This document shows positions 37,135 to 50,410 of a stretch of 64,000 nt of DNA, in pieces; within the stretch, counting starts at the first letter, position 1, and the number at the start of each line of letters is the position of its first letter. The translations under genes were made by a program, and so were the position numbers. The DNA comes from Eledone cirrhosa (lineage: Eukaryota), in assembly GCA_964016885.1 (NCBI GenBank), contig OZ024742.1:73718001-73782000 (forward strand), given 5' to 3'. Under the pieces are notes generated by a model. It worked only from the letters and a program-made list of their open reading frames with translations. It was not told the origin of the DNA and ran no database searches.

Positions 37135-40100
37135 ACTTACCACCCATAAGGGATCCGTGTAGATGTAGGAGTTATGACCCATAAGGGATCAGTGTAGAAG
37201 TTACCACCCATAAGGGACAGTGCAGTAGTTATGACCCATAAGGATCAGTGTAGATGTAGACGTTACGACCCATAAGGATCAGCGTAGATGTAGGAGTTAC
37301 GACCCATAAGGATCAGTGTAGATGTAGGAGTTACGACCCATAAGGATCAGTGTAGATGTAGACGTTACGACCCAAAAGGATCAGTGTAAATGTAGCGTTA
37401 CGACCCATAAGGATCAGTGTAGATGTAGGAGTTACGACCCATAAGGATCAGTGTAGATGTAGGAGTTACGACCCATAAGGATCAGTGTAGATGTAGACGT
37501 TACGACCCATAAGGATCAGCGTAGATGTAGGAGTTACGACCCATAAGGATCAGTGTAGATGTAGGAGTTACGACCCATAAGGATCAGTGTAGATGTAGAC
37601 GTTACGACCCAAAAGGATCAGTGTAAATGTAGCGTTACGACCCATAAGGATCAGTGTAGATGTAGGAGTTACGACCCATAAGGATCAGTGTAGATGTAGG
37701 AGTTACGACCCATAAGGATCAGCGTAGATGTAGGAGTTACGACCCATAAGGATCAGTGTAGATGTAGGAGTTACGACCCAAAAGGATCAGTGTAGATGTA
37801 GACGTTACGACCCATAAGGATCAGTGTAGATGTAGGAGTTACGACCCATAAGGATCAGTGTAGATGTAGGAGTTACGACCCATAAGGATCAGTGTAGATG
37901 TAGACGTTACGACCCATAAGGATCAGCGTAGATGTAGGAGTTACGACCCATAAGGATCAGTGTAGATGTAGGAGTTACGACCCATAAGGATCAGTGTAGA
38001 TGTAGACGTTACGACCCAAAAGGATCAGTGTAAATGTAGCGTTACGACCCATAAGGATCAGTGTAGATGTAGGAGTTACGACCCATAAGGATCAGTGTAG
38101 ATGTAGGAGTTACGACCCATAAGGATCAGCGTAGATGTAGGAGTTACGACCCATAAGGATCAGTGTAGATGTAGGAGTTACGACCCAAAAGGATCAGTGT
38201 AGATGTAGACGTTACGACCCATAAGGATCAGTGTAGATGTAGGAGTTACGGACCATAAGGATCAGTGTAGATGTAGGAGTTACGACCCATAAGGATCAGT
38301 GTAGATGTAGGAGTTACGACCCATAAGGATCAGTGTAGATGTAGACGCTACGACCCAAAAGGATCAGTGTAAATGTAGCGTTACGACCCATAAGGATCAG
38401 CGTAGATGTAGGAGTTACGACCCATAAGGATCAGTGTAGATGTAGGAGTTACGACCCATAAGGATCAGCGTAGATGTAGGAGTTACGACCCATAAGGATC
38501 AGTGTAGATGTAGGAGTTACGACCCAAAAGGATCAGTGTAGATGTAGACGTTACGACCCATAAGGATCAGTGTAGATGTAGGAGTTACGGACCATAAGAA
38601 TCAGTGTAGATGTAGGAGTTACGACCCAAAAGGATCAGTGTAGATGTAGACGTTACAACCCATAAGGATCAGCGTAGATGTAGGAGTTACGACCCATAAG
38701 GATCAGTGTAGATGTAGACGTTACGACCCAAAAGGATCAGTGTAAATGTAGCGTTACGACCCATAAGGATCAGTGTAGATGTAGGAGTTACGACCCATAA
38801 GGATCAGTGTAGATGTAGGAGTTACGACCCATAAGGATCAGTGTAGATGTAGGAGTTACGACCCATAAGGATCAGTGTAGATGTAGGAGTTACGACCCAT
38901 AAGGATCAGTGTAGATGTAGACGTTACGACCCATAAGGATCAGCGTAGATGTAGGAGTTACGACCCATAAGGATCAGTGTAGATGTAGGAGTTACGACCC
39001 ATAAGGATCAGTGTAGATGTAGACGTTACGACCCAAAAGGATCAGTGTAAATGTAGCGTTACGACCCATAAGGATCAGTGTAGATGTAGGAGTTACGACC
39101 CATAAGGATCAGTGTAGATGTAGGAGTTACGACCCATAAGGATCAGCGTAGATGTAGGAGTTACGACCCATAAGGATCAGTGTAGATGTAGGAGTTACGA
39201 CCCAAAAGGATCAGTGTAGATGTAGACGTTACGACCCATAAGGATCAGTGTAGATGTAGGAGTTACGGACCATAAGGATCAGTGTAGATGTAGGAGTTAC
39301 GACCCAAAAGGATCAGTGTAGATGTAGACGTTACAACCCATAAGGATCAGCGTAGATGTAGGAGTTACGACCCATAAGGATCAGTGTAGATGTAGACGTT
39401 ACGACCCAAAAGGATCAGTGTAAATGTAGCGTTACGACCCATAAGGATCAGTGTAGATGTAGGAGTTACGACCCATAAGGATCAGTGTAGATGTAGGAGT
39501 TACGACCCATAAGGATCAGCGTAGATGTAGGAGTTACGACCCATAAGGATCAGTGTAGATGTAGGAGTTACGACCCAAAAGGATCAGTGTAGATGTAGAC
39601 GTTACGACCCATAAGGATCAGTGTAGATGTAGGAGTTACGGACCATAAGGATCAGCGTAGATGTAGGAGTTACGGACCATAAGGATCAGTGTAGATGTAG
39701 ACGTTACGACCCATAAGGATCAGTGTAGATGTAGGAGTTACGACCCATAAGGACCAGTGTAAATGTAGACGTTACGACCCATAAGGATCAGTGTAGATGT
39801 AGGAGTTACGACCCATAAGGATCAGTGTAGATGTAGGAGTTACGACCCATAAGGATCAGTGTAGATGTAGGAGTTACGACCCATAAGGATCAGTGTAGAT
39901 GTAGACGTTACGACCCATAAGGATCAGCGTAGATGTAGGAGTTACGACCCATAAGGATCAGTGTAGATGTAGGAGTTACGACCCATAAGGATCAGTGTAG
40001 ATGTAGACGTTACGACCCAAAAGGATCAGTGTAAATGTAGCGTTACGACCCATAAGGATCAGTGTAGATGTAGGAGTTACGACCCATAAGGATCAGTGTA

Positions 40101-40643
40101 GATGTAGGAGTTACGACCCATAAGGATCAGCGTAGATGTAGGAGTTACGACCCATAAGGATCAGTGTAGATGTAGGAGTTACGACCCAAAAGGATCAGTG
40201 TAGATGTAGACGTTACGACCCATAAGGATCAGTGTAGATGTAGGAGTTACGGACCATAAGGATCAGTGTAGATGTAGGAGTTACGACCCAAAAGGATCAG
40301 TGTAGATGTAGACGTTACAACCCATAAGGATCAGCGTAGATGTAGGAGTTACGACCCATAAGGATCAGTGTAGATGTAGACGTTACGACCCAAAAGGATC
40401 AGTGTAAATGTAGCGTTACGACCCATAAGGATCAGTGTAGATGTAGGAGTTACGACCCATAAGGATCAGTGTAGATGTAGGAGTTACGGACCATAAGGAT
40501 CAGTGTAGATGTAGACGTTACGACCCATAAGGATCAGTGTAGATGTAGGAGTTACGACCCATAAGGACCAGTGTAAATGTAGACGTTACGACCCATAAGG
40601 ATCAGTGTAGATGAAGACGTTACGACCCACAAGGATCAGTGTA
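37135..40643. repeat. 34-bp satellite array, about 100 units
   Basis: TTACGACCCATAAGGATCAGTGTAGATGTAGGAG with a few recurrent variants. Confidence 0.97.
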
Positions 40644-40737
40644 TCGTGTCTAAGGGTTTATCAAAATGAGTACCAAAAATTAACCAGGTCTTTCCAGGAA
40701 AGAGAAAATGTAAGCTTATTTCAATCCATTATATTTT

Positions 40738-40918
40738 GAATTGGCAGTATCGGTAGAGGGTCGGACGCCATGCTTTCCAGCATAGTTACGTCCCTTTACA
40801 GTCTGAGTTCAAATCCCGCCGAGGTTAACTTTGCCTTTCATCCTTACGTGGTCGATAAAATAAAGTACCAGTAATGTACTGGATAATTGCTGGCCTTGTG
40901 CTTGAAGTAGAAACAATT
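40738..40918 (+). mobile_element. Family-B SINE
   Basis: TGGCAGTATCGG A-box, GAGTTCAAATCC B-box; near identical to 60381-60570. Confidence 0.9.
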
Positions 40919-41369
40919 ATATGTATATATGTGGTGTTGGTGAAACATTATAGAGTATATGTGGGGTTAGCTTGACAGTCACTTTCTATCTTTCTCTGGA
41001 AGAAACCTGCTGTACTCAGGCCTGGAGGAGATGGATGGACTCCGTCAGGGTTAAAATGCCCAAGAAACGCCGTATGTCAATACGGCACCCCGACGACTCT
41101 ATCAGGAGTTGCGAGATCATACATACATACATACATAGTGTCAGTTAATGTAGAGTGTCTGTAGTGTTAGTTAGATAACAAGACTAGAAATATTGTTGCC
41201 ACCTTTCACCTTTCACCTTTCAACTTTCACCTTTCACCTTTCACCTTCGTCATTGTTTGAAAACGTCGGTGAGTTGTTGATGTTTTATGACATAACACAT
41301 GGATGGTTGATGCTATTGGAGTGGAAGGTGACTATGTTATGAGGTGATGGGGAGTGTGGCTGTGCGGTG

Positions 41370-44300
41370 GGATGACAGAGTGCTGGCGGCGACAGAGTGG
41401 TGGGGGTGACAGAGTGGTGGGGGTGACTTTGTGATGGGGTGACAGAGTGGTTGGGGTGATATAGTGGTGGGGGTGATAGAGTGGTGGGGGTCACAGAGTA
41501 GTGGGGGTGACTGTGTGGTGGGGTTGACAGAGTGGTTGGGGTGATAGAGTGGTGGGGGTGATAGAGTGGTGGGGGTGACAGAGTGGTGGGGGTGACTGTG
41601 TGGTGGGGTTGACAGAGTGGTTGGGGTGATAGAGTGGTGAGGGTGATAGAGTGGTGGGGGTGACAGAGTGGTGGGGGTGACTGTGTGGTGGGGTTGACAG
41701 AGTGGTTGGGGTGATAGAGTGGTGGCGGTGATAGAGTGGTGGGGTGACAGAGTGGTGGGGGTGACTGTGTGGTGGGGTTGACAGAGTGGTTGGGGTGATA
41801 GAGTGGTGGCGGTGATAGAGTGGTGGGGGTCACAGAGTGGTGGGGGTGACTGTGTGGTGGGGTTGACAGAGTGGTTGGGGTGATAGAGTGGTGGGGGTGA
41901 TAGAGTGGTTGGGGTGATAGAGTGGTGGGGGTGATAGAGTGATGGGGGCTAGAGAGTGGTGGGGGTGACAGTGTGGTGGGGGTGATAGAGTGGTGGGGGT
42001 GACTGTGTGGTTGGGGCGACAGAGTGGTGGGGGTGACTGTGTGATGGGGGTGATAGAGTGGTGGGGGCGAGAGAGTGGTGGGGGTGATAGAGTTGTGGGG
42101 GTGACTGTGTGGTGGGGTGATAAAGTGGTGGGGTGATAGAATGGTGGGGGCGACAGAGTGATGGGGGTGATAGAGTGGTGGGGGTGATAGAGTGGTGGGG
42201 GTGATAGAGTGGTGGGGGTGATAGAGTGGTGGGGGTGATAGAGTGGTGGGGGTGACAGAGTCGGGGGGTGACTGTGTGTTTGGGGCGACAGAGTGGTGGG
42301 GTGATAGAGTGGTGTGGGTGACTGTGTGGTGGGGGTGATTGAGTGGTGGGGGCGAGAGAGTGGTAGGGGTGATAGAGTGGGGGGTGACAGTGTGGTTGGG
42401 GTGATAGAGTGGTGGGGGTGATAGAGTGGTGTGGGTGAATGTGTGGTGGGGGTGACTCTGTGGTGGGGGCGACAGAGTGGTGGGGGCGACAAAGTGGTGC
42501 GGTGACTGTGTGGTGGGGGTGACTCTGTGGTGGGGGCGACAGAGTGGTGGGGGGCGACAAAGTGGTGCGGTGACTGTGTGGTGGGGGTGATAGAGTGGTG
42601 TGGGTGACTATGTGGTGGGGGTGATAGAGTTGTGGGGGTGACTGTGTGGTGGGGGTGATAGAGTGGTAGGGGTGATAGAGTGGTGGGGGCGACAGAGTGG
42701 GGGGTGACAGTGTGGTTGGGGTGATAGAGTGGTGGGGGTGATAGAGTGGTGGGGGTGATAGAGTGGTGTGTGTGACTGTGTGGTGGGGGTGATAGAGTGG
42801 TGGGGGTGACTGTCTGGTGGGGGTGATTGTGTGGTGGGGGTGATAGAGTTGTGGGGGTGATAGAGTGGTGGGGGCGACAGAGTGGGGGGTGACAGTGTGG
42901 TTGGGGTGATAGAGTGGTGGGGGTGACAGAGTGGTGGGGGTGATAGAGTGGTGTGGGTGACTGTGGTGGGGGTGATAGAGTGGGGGGTGACTGTGTGGTG
43001 GAGGTGATAGAGTGGTGTGGGTGACTGTGTGGTGGGGGTGATAGAGTGGTGTGGGTGACTGTGTGGTGAGGGTGTCAGAGTGGTGGGGGTGACTGTGTGG
43101 TGGGGGTGATAGAGTGGTGGGGTGACTGTGTGGTGGGGGTGACTGTGTGGTGGGGGGTGATAGAGTGGTGGGGGTGATAGAGTGGTGGGGGTGATAGAGT
43201 GGTTGGGGTGATAGAGTGGTGGGGGTGACTGTGTGGTGGGGGTGACAGAGTGGTGGGGGTGATAGAGTGGTGGGGGTGACTGTGTGGTGGGGGTGACAGA
43301 GTGGTGGGGGTGATAGAGTGTGGGGGTGACTGTGTGGTGGGGATGATAGAGTGGTGGAGGTGATAGAGTGGTGGGGGTGACTGTGTGGTGGGGGTGATAG
43401 AGTGGTGGAGGTGATAGAGTGGTGGGGTGACTGTGTGGTGGGGGTGACTGTGTGGTGGGGGGTGATAGAGTGGTGGGGGTGATAGAGTGGTGGGGTGACT
43501 GTGTGGTGGGGGTGATAGAGTGGTGGAGGTGATAGAGTGGTGGGGTGACTGTGTGGTGGGGGTGACTGTGTGGTGGGGGGTGATAGAGTGGTGGGGGTGA
43601 TAGAGTGGTGGGGTGACTGTGTGGTGGGGGTGACTGTGTGGTGGGGGTGATAGAGTGGTGGGGGTGATAGAGTGGGGGGGTGATAGAGTGGTTGGGGTGA
43701 TAGAGTGGTGGGGGTGACTGTGTGGTGGGGGTGACAGGGTGGTGGGGGTGATAGAGTGGTGGGGGTGACTGTGTGGTGGGGGTGACAGAGTGGTGGGGGT
43801 GATAGAGTGTGGGGGTGACTAGGTGGTGGGGGTGACTGTGTGGTTGGGGTGATAGAGTGGTGGGGGTGATAGAGTGGTGGGGGTGACTGTGTGGTGGGGG
43901 TGATAGAGTGATGGGGGTGACTGTGTGGTGGGGGTAACTGTGTGGTGGGGGTGATAGAGTGGTGGGGCAAGAGAGTGGTGGGGGTGATAGAGTGTGGGGG
44001 TGATAGAGTTGTGGGGTTGATAGAGTTGTGGGGGTCACTGTGTGGTGGGGGGTGATAGAGTGGTGGGGGTGATAGAGTGGTGGGCGCGACAGAGTGGTTG
44101 GGGTGATAGAGTGGTTGGGGCGAGAGAGTGGTGGGGGTGATAGAGTGGTGGGGATGACTGTGTGGTGGGGTGATAGAGTGGTTGGGGCGAGAGAGTGGTG
44201 GGGGTGAGAGAGTGGTGGGGGTGACTGTGTGGTGGGGGTGATAGAGTGGTGGGGGTGACTGTGTGGTGGGGGTGATAGAGTGGTGGGGGTGACTGTGTGG

Positions 44301-45185
44301 TGGGGGGTGATAGAGTGCTGGGGGTGATAGAGTGGTGGGGGTGATAGAGTGGTTGGGGTGATAGAGTGGTGGGGGTGACTGTGTGGTGGGGGTGACAGAG
44401 TGGTGGGGGTGATAGAGTGTGGGGGTGACTAGGTGGTGGGGGTGACTGTGTGGTGGGGGTGATAGAGTGTGGGGGTGACTAGGTGGTGGGGTGACTGTGT
44501 GGTGGGGGTGATAGAGTGGTTGGGTGACTGTGTGGTGGGGGTGAAAGAGTGGTTGGGGTGACTGGGTTGTGGGTGACTGGGGTGGTGGGGTGACTGGGTG
44601 GTGCGGTGACTGGGTGGTGGGTTGACTGGATGTTGAGGTGACAGGATGTTGAGGTGACTGGGGTGGTGGGGTAATTGAATGGTGTGTGACTGAATGGTGA
44701 GGTGACTGGGTGGTCGGATGACTGGATGGTGAGGTGACTGGGTGGTGGTGTAATTGGGTGGTGGGGTGACTGAATGGTGGGGTGACTGAATGGTGAGGTG
44801 ACTGGGTGGTGGGGTGACTGTATGGTGAGGTGACTGGATGGTGAGGTGACTGGGTGGTGGGCTGACTGGGTGGTGGTCTTGACTGGATGTTGAGGTGACT
44901 GGGTGGTGGGGTAATTGAATGGTGTGTGACTGAATGGTGAGGTGACTGGGTGGTGAGGTGACTGGGTGGTGGGGTGACTGGATGGTGAGGTGACTGTGTG
45001 TGGGGTGACTGGGTGTGGGGTGACTGGGTGGTGGGGTGATTGGGTGGTGGGGTGACTGGATGTTGAGGGGACTTTGTGGTGGGGTGATTGGGTGGTGGGG
45101 TGACTGGATGTGAGGTGGCTGGATGGTGGGTGACTGGGGTGGTGAGGTGACTGGATGGTGGGTGACTGGGGTGGTGGGGTGTCTG
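41370..45185. repeat. G-rich 17-18-bp minisatellite
   Basis: GTGATAGAGTGGTGGGGG / GTGACTGTGTGGTGGGGG, grading into GTGACTGGGTGGTGGG after about 44560. Confidence 0.95.
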
Positions 45186-46297
45186 AGTAGCCAAGTATTC
45201 CTGCCATTTCTTAAGGACATACTGCTGCTGCTTTTGTTGTTGTTTTAATGAGTGTCAACCGAATGATTAATGAATGTTGCAATAGTTAATAAAATTCGAA
45301 GGAAGTTGCACATAATTGTCTCCCCATTAATGATCTCTCCATCCTCTCCTCGTTAACTCTATATTGACTACTTAGGGTGGCCGGGGTACACTAGACCGAT
45401 GGAAAGGAACGAAACAATATGTAACATCGGAACCAATGTTTTACTGTATTTATAGGTTTTTAAAGGATATGGGGGGGGGGGGTAACTCCATACGGTAAGA
45501 GGTTGTCTTTTAACATGTTGAAATTAGGACCCACGGTTGGATTAAGAGCTTTAGAGAGCCTAAGTACATTATTGTAACCCTATATACTCTATGTGAAACA
45601 AACTCCAATATAGTTTACTGGGAAAATATTCAATGGAATCCTTCTTTAATTCTATTAGACCTTGGGAGCGAGGAACTTCAGGTTTGGGGGAGCCCCTTAT
45701 ACAGAAACAATTTGAATTCACCGCAAAACCCTAATTTTACATATCAAAGTTAGCTTGCTGCAAGTAATTAGAATTGAAAAGTTATACATACAAGTATTAA
45801 ATTCAAAAATTCTAACCATCCTAAACCTTAAAAACCCAGCTGATGGCACAAATAAATTGCGACGACCGTCGCTTGTGGAGCCCATCCCCATTGCAGGTAG
45901 CCCGGGGCAATTTCCCCCTTTACCACCCACCCACCCCATTATATTCGGCCCTGGGCATATGTGGCAGCAAACTCAAGGACCGTCACGGGTGACAAAAACT
46001 CTAGCTATACCACACCACGTATTGTGTCCTTTATTAAAGATTTGTTGGATTTGTGGGAGATTTAGGAACTACTTCTAGCAAATAGCGCTATTGCTTAGAG
46101 GGTGTTCTTCGATGGCTCTATGAGTATGAGTTACATAAACAAGAAGTATTGACACTATTTCTAACATAAAGGGGTAATATTTAATGGCTCACTCTGAACA
46201 TTTAGAAAAGTGATTTCAGCAATAAACATTGACCTTTTTTTTTTTTTTGCAAATTGCTTCATATATAGACATGGTAGTATATATATATATATAGGGT

Positions 46298-46521
46298 GGG
46301 GTCTGTGTGTGTGCATTTATATATATATATAGGGCTTAGGATGGTGGTTAGGATGGAACAAGAGGAGAAAAGAAGAAAGATTCCTTCGTCACCTGAAAAT
46401 CCGCTCGTATCTCTCATCTGGATCGCGGTTTTACAGCTGACGAAGGATTCTTTCTTCTTTTCTCCTCTGGTTCCGTCCTAACCACCATCCTAAACCTTGT
46501 TTTTAGTAAACACACAGATCC
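46298..46521. repeat. Hairpin element (inverted arms about 46330-46403 / 46425-46498, extending outward)
   Basis: AGGATGGTGGTTAGGA...GAAAAGAAGAAAGA / TCTTTCTTCTTTTC...TCCTAACCACCATCCT. Confidence 0.85.
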
Positions 46522-46539
46522 TTTCGTTTCGTATCATTT

Positions 46540-46578
<39 letters not shown>

Positions 46579-46714
46579 CATGTGATTCAGTGAATTACTT
46601 GTGGTGGTAACAAAGTAAGCCTCGATGCGCAGACTGAATGTATATATTAAGGAAAACTATGAAGATTTATTTACATGTTATTTATTTATTTATTTTTTTT
46701 TTTTTTTGTACCGA

Positions 46715-46804
46715 CCTGTTCTGTGCGTTTCGCAGCGGATTGGCAGAAAGTCGCCCATAGAAGTTATGGACTCGACTTCATTATCAATCTGCTCATCAGA
46801 CTGG
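46715..46804 (-). ncRNA. Degenerate type I hammerhead ribozyme
   Basis: Minus strand: CCAGT CTGATGA GCAG...CTGC GAAA CGCACAG A ACAGG; stem III damaged. Confidence 0.6.
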
Positions 46805-46821
46805 TGATTCGACAAAAAAGT

Positions 46822-46908
46822 AGTCTGATGAGCAGATCGATAATGGAGTCGAGTCCATAAATCTATTAGTGACCTTGAGCCAATTCTCTGTGAAACGCGC
46901 GTAATAGG
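46822..46908 (+). ncRNA. Type I hammerhead ribozyme (weak stem I)
   Basis: CTGATGA 46825-46831; GCAGA...TCTGT; GAAA 46892-46895; palindromic stem III ACGCGCGT; GUA site. Confidence 0.7.
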
Positions 46909-47179
46909 TCGATACACAATAAGAAAAAGTAACTACATATAAACGAAACTTCATCGTTTTCCTAACTATATTTTTTTTTTTCTAATTTTATTTTAACGAT
47001 CTTTTATTTATTTTTTATTATATTAACTTTAATTTCTTTACAGTTTTCTTTTTGTGTTTTTCCTCATGAAGCGCAAATCCCCGATACGTTGACCATGTAA
47101 CTCATTCTTCTTCATTCAAGCGTGAACTTAATACACATCATGTTATTGCATCCTCTTGTTTGTTCTTTCTTGTTTCCTT

Positions 47180-47307
<128 letters not shown>

Positions 47308-47878
47308 AAAATAGATAGAGAGAGAAAAAAGTGAGAGAGAGAGATACATAAACACACACACACACACACATATGTATATAATATATGTATATATATATGG
47401 TTATATATACTTGTGTATGTATGAATGTATGAATTATTTAGAAACTTAGTTGAATGAAATTGCCATTAAATATTTTGCAAGAGAGCTGGAAAATAAAATA
47501 GAGTCTCTACCTAATGTATTAAGTACTTATTTTAATAATTGTGGTTCCCATCAGTTCTTTAACAAAACATCATTCTTATATATATGTAAGTGAACAGACT
47601 CTCATAGGACCACCATCGAATATATATACGATATAGGTTTGTTATTTTTATTGATTTATTACGTTAAATCGAGTCAGGCAAACCATATTGTTTTAAATTA
47701 GTATTTGTTCAACCTAGCTAACTTGGTCATTTGCAATTGGAACACATGTATACTTATATCTATGTTCACCCCTCTCATATATCCAATTATATATATATAC
47801 ATATATACATATACATATATATATATACACACACACACACACATATATACATATACAGTATATATATATACATATACA

Positions 47879-47962
<84 letters not shown>

Positions 47963-48299
47963 TGTTATAAAATATCTACAATTATTTTCTACAGTTACTG
48001 TTATAAAATATTAATAGTTATTTTCTTCGTCTGAGTTTCCTTCATTTTCTATGAATTTCATAACTCTTCAGCGCTTCGAAAGTTCGATAATTTGCTTACA
48101 ATGTTATTTGCATTCAAACGCTGTTCGATTTAACTTCCTAATTATATAAGTAGCATTACAAAAAGAAGTTATACAATGATGGACTATGATAAAGAAAGAT
48201 AAAACAAAGTTAAGTAATGGGAAAGAGGGAAGGGGTAAAGAAGGGCAGATCTGGCTGTGTAGGAAAGTAGACGAAAGGACTATAAATGCCATAAATGAG

Positions 48300-48690
48300 A
48301 GGAAAAGGAGGGAAAATCAGGGACTTTTGGGTCACAGAAGAAAGGGGGAGGGAAGAGAGTGATGGACTCTGGACCTAGGGCGAGGTGATGTTTGGGCTGC
48401 GCCCCGCGGACAAAACTGTAAAGGAATTTCCGCTGACAATGGCCAGCGACACCCGCTGATACAGCCACCCCACCTTAAGGGGCTCCTTCCTCAGACGGGC
48501 TTCTGATATTCCAATTTTGTGCAGGAGCTCGACAGTACGGGGTCCGAGGGCGTCTGAGGTCCCGACAGCGACCGGTACGAAGAGGAAGCGGCCGGACAAG
48601 CCCCGGTATTTGTTTGTCATCCTGACCTCGGCATTGCAGGCCGCAGTACCTAGGTTTGTGGCTGAAGCGACTAAGTTGGAGACGGAGAAT
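48300..48690 (-). mobile_element. CRE-like RLE retrotransposon 3' fragment
   Basis: AACNAEVRMTNKY...FVPVAVGTSDALG...LYQRVSLAIVSGN; paralogous to 20292-20578. Confidence 0.75.
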
Positions 48691-49680
48691 GTGTTATTTT
48701 TAAAAGAATGAGTATGAGCATAGAATCTAGTTTTGAATTTATTGGCAGTAGCTCCTATATAATTAAAACAATTGGCACTAGTTGAAATCTCACATCTATA
48801 AATAACATTAGTTTTAAGACATTTACCTCCAAATGGGCAATTATTAGGAATTCTACAATTACACATAATCCCTAAAGTCGACTATTATTGATCATACCCT
48901 TATTATGATCACCACCAGCAAAAATGTTAGTGGTATGTCTAGTTTTACCAAATACCTTAAATTCAGTATCTATTACAGAAGCCCTACAATTGATTTAGGT
49001 GTTTACATTGTTGTTAACAATATTATCATTATTCCAAGTATCAGTATAACTACCATTAAGAATGTAATTATTATCAAGATTAGTGAGTGTTTCATTTGCG
49101 ATATTAAGAGTAGAAATACATTCATTAATAGTATTATTGCCAACCAGGATATTATTGCTATTAATATTATTAGTGGTACTAATAATACCTACATTATTTC
49201 TAGAGGATTCAGTATTAGTTAAATATCTACTATTTACTCTAAAGGAATTAAGTTTTTTTTTTATTGTTCATTGATATATAGTCTGCAGCTTGGAGGTTGT
49301 AGAAAAGGATAATTTCACATTATTTTTATTTAATATCTTATAATATCTATAGTTGGGGGGAACATTCTTATCCACTATATCAAAGAATAACTAGGTATAC
49401 AAGCGATCTGAATATCGAATGGAGGATTATACCAAATACATTTTGTCTTTAATTTATGCCTTACCTTATAATTACACGATTTAGTCAGTCTTTCATCTAT
49501 ATTACCACCAACTTTATCAACTAAATTTGGTTTAAAGTTGTCATTTTTAAGGTTAATAGTTGGTATAGACGAAATGTCAGTTTTAGTCATAGACTTCTTA
49601 TTATTAATTTTTTTCCTTTTATTATAAAAACCATATGTAAGTTTATTGCCATTCTTTGGAGATGTACATTTAAAAGTATA
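48691..49680 (-). pseudogene. Penelope-like (Hydra-clade-like) linker and GIY-YIG fragment
   Basis: KCIWYNPPF; CNCRIPNNCPFGGKCLKTNVIYRC...YIGATANKFKTRFYAHTHSF. Confidence 0.8.
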
Positions 49681-49702
49681 GACGTTATTACAATATATGT
49701 GT

Positions 49703-49825
<123 letters not shown>

Positions 49826-49877
49826 CAGAAAGAATCTTAAAACACTTAAAACACACATAGATGACAAACACAAAAGC

Positions 49878-50410
49878 ACGCACACACACACACACACAGA
49901 TGAAAACGCAGACGTAAGCAAGTCCACAGATCGTGCAAGGGTGAGGTTCACAGGATAATATTGCTGGTATGTTTGATAATGCTTTCTCCTCCCTCTTGCT
50001 TCTTGTAGTCTATGGAAACAAGCGGACTCGAAGTTCCCGATCTCATTATGATATACAGATCTCCAGTTCTTCCGCTCGAAGGTCACTTGCTCAAATGTTT
50101 CATAAGGTATATTGTTGCTGAAAGATTACTCTTCAGTCTTTGTACCCGAGCCTTGGCCGTCAAACATTTCTACACGCACTATCGAGCTGGCTGTACATGA
50201 GGACTTTTTGTATTCCTTTGTCACTGATTCTGATGAAATGACCAGCCCAGTCCAGACCAGCCTATTTGTGATTTCATAAAGCTCTCAATACCTCCAATTT
50301 TGCACTTAATGAAGAGGTCTGCATTAAATAGTCAGCGTTAAATATTTTACCTTCGTGTGTGTACCCACAAATTGTATGACCACAACCATTCTGAAAGGCA
50401 TCTGGGTGGT
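49878..50410 (-). mobile_element. RTE LINE 3' fragment with (GT)n tail
   Basis: LDWAGHFIRISDKGIQKVLMYSQL...RPRLGYKD...RKNWR, matching the RTE C-terminus. Confidence 0.7.

Larger units (their letters stand above)
46641..46971. repeat. Diverged fold-back palindrome carrying two hammerheads head-to-head
   Basis: Arms about 46641-46802 / 46822-46971. Confidence 0.82.

Noticed and set aside
37135-40643. CRISPR-like array (34-bp period)
   Set aside because: Head-to-tail units without unique spacers, no cas genes, eukaryotic context
41949-45194. 1081-aa Pro/His/Thr extensin- or mucin-like ORF
   Set aside because: Stop-poor C-rich strand of an 18-bp minisatellite with frame-shifting unit lengths and no unique domain
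45530-45955. Possible hAT MITE ending TTCGGCCCTG
   Set aside because: Left TIR too degenerate and no TSD
48020-48080. Minus-strand CTGAAGA...GAAA near the PLE/CRE fragment
   Set aside because: Stems cannot be drawn convincingly
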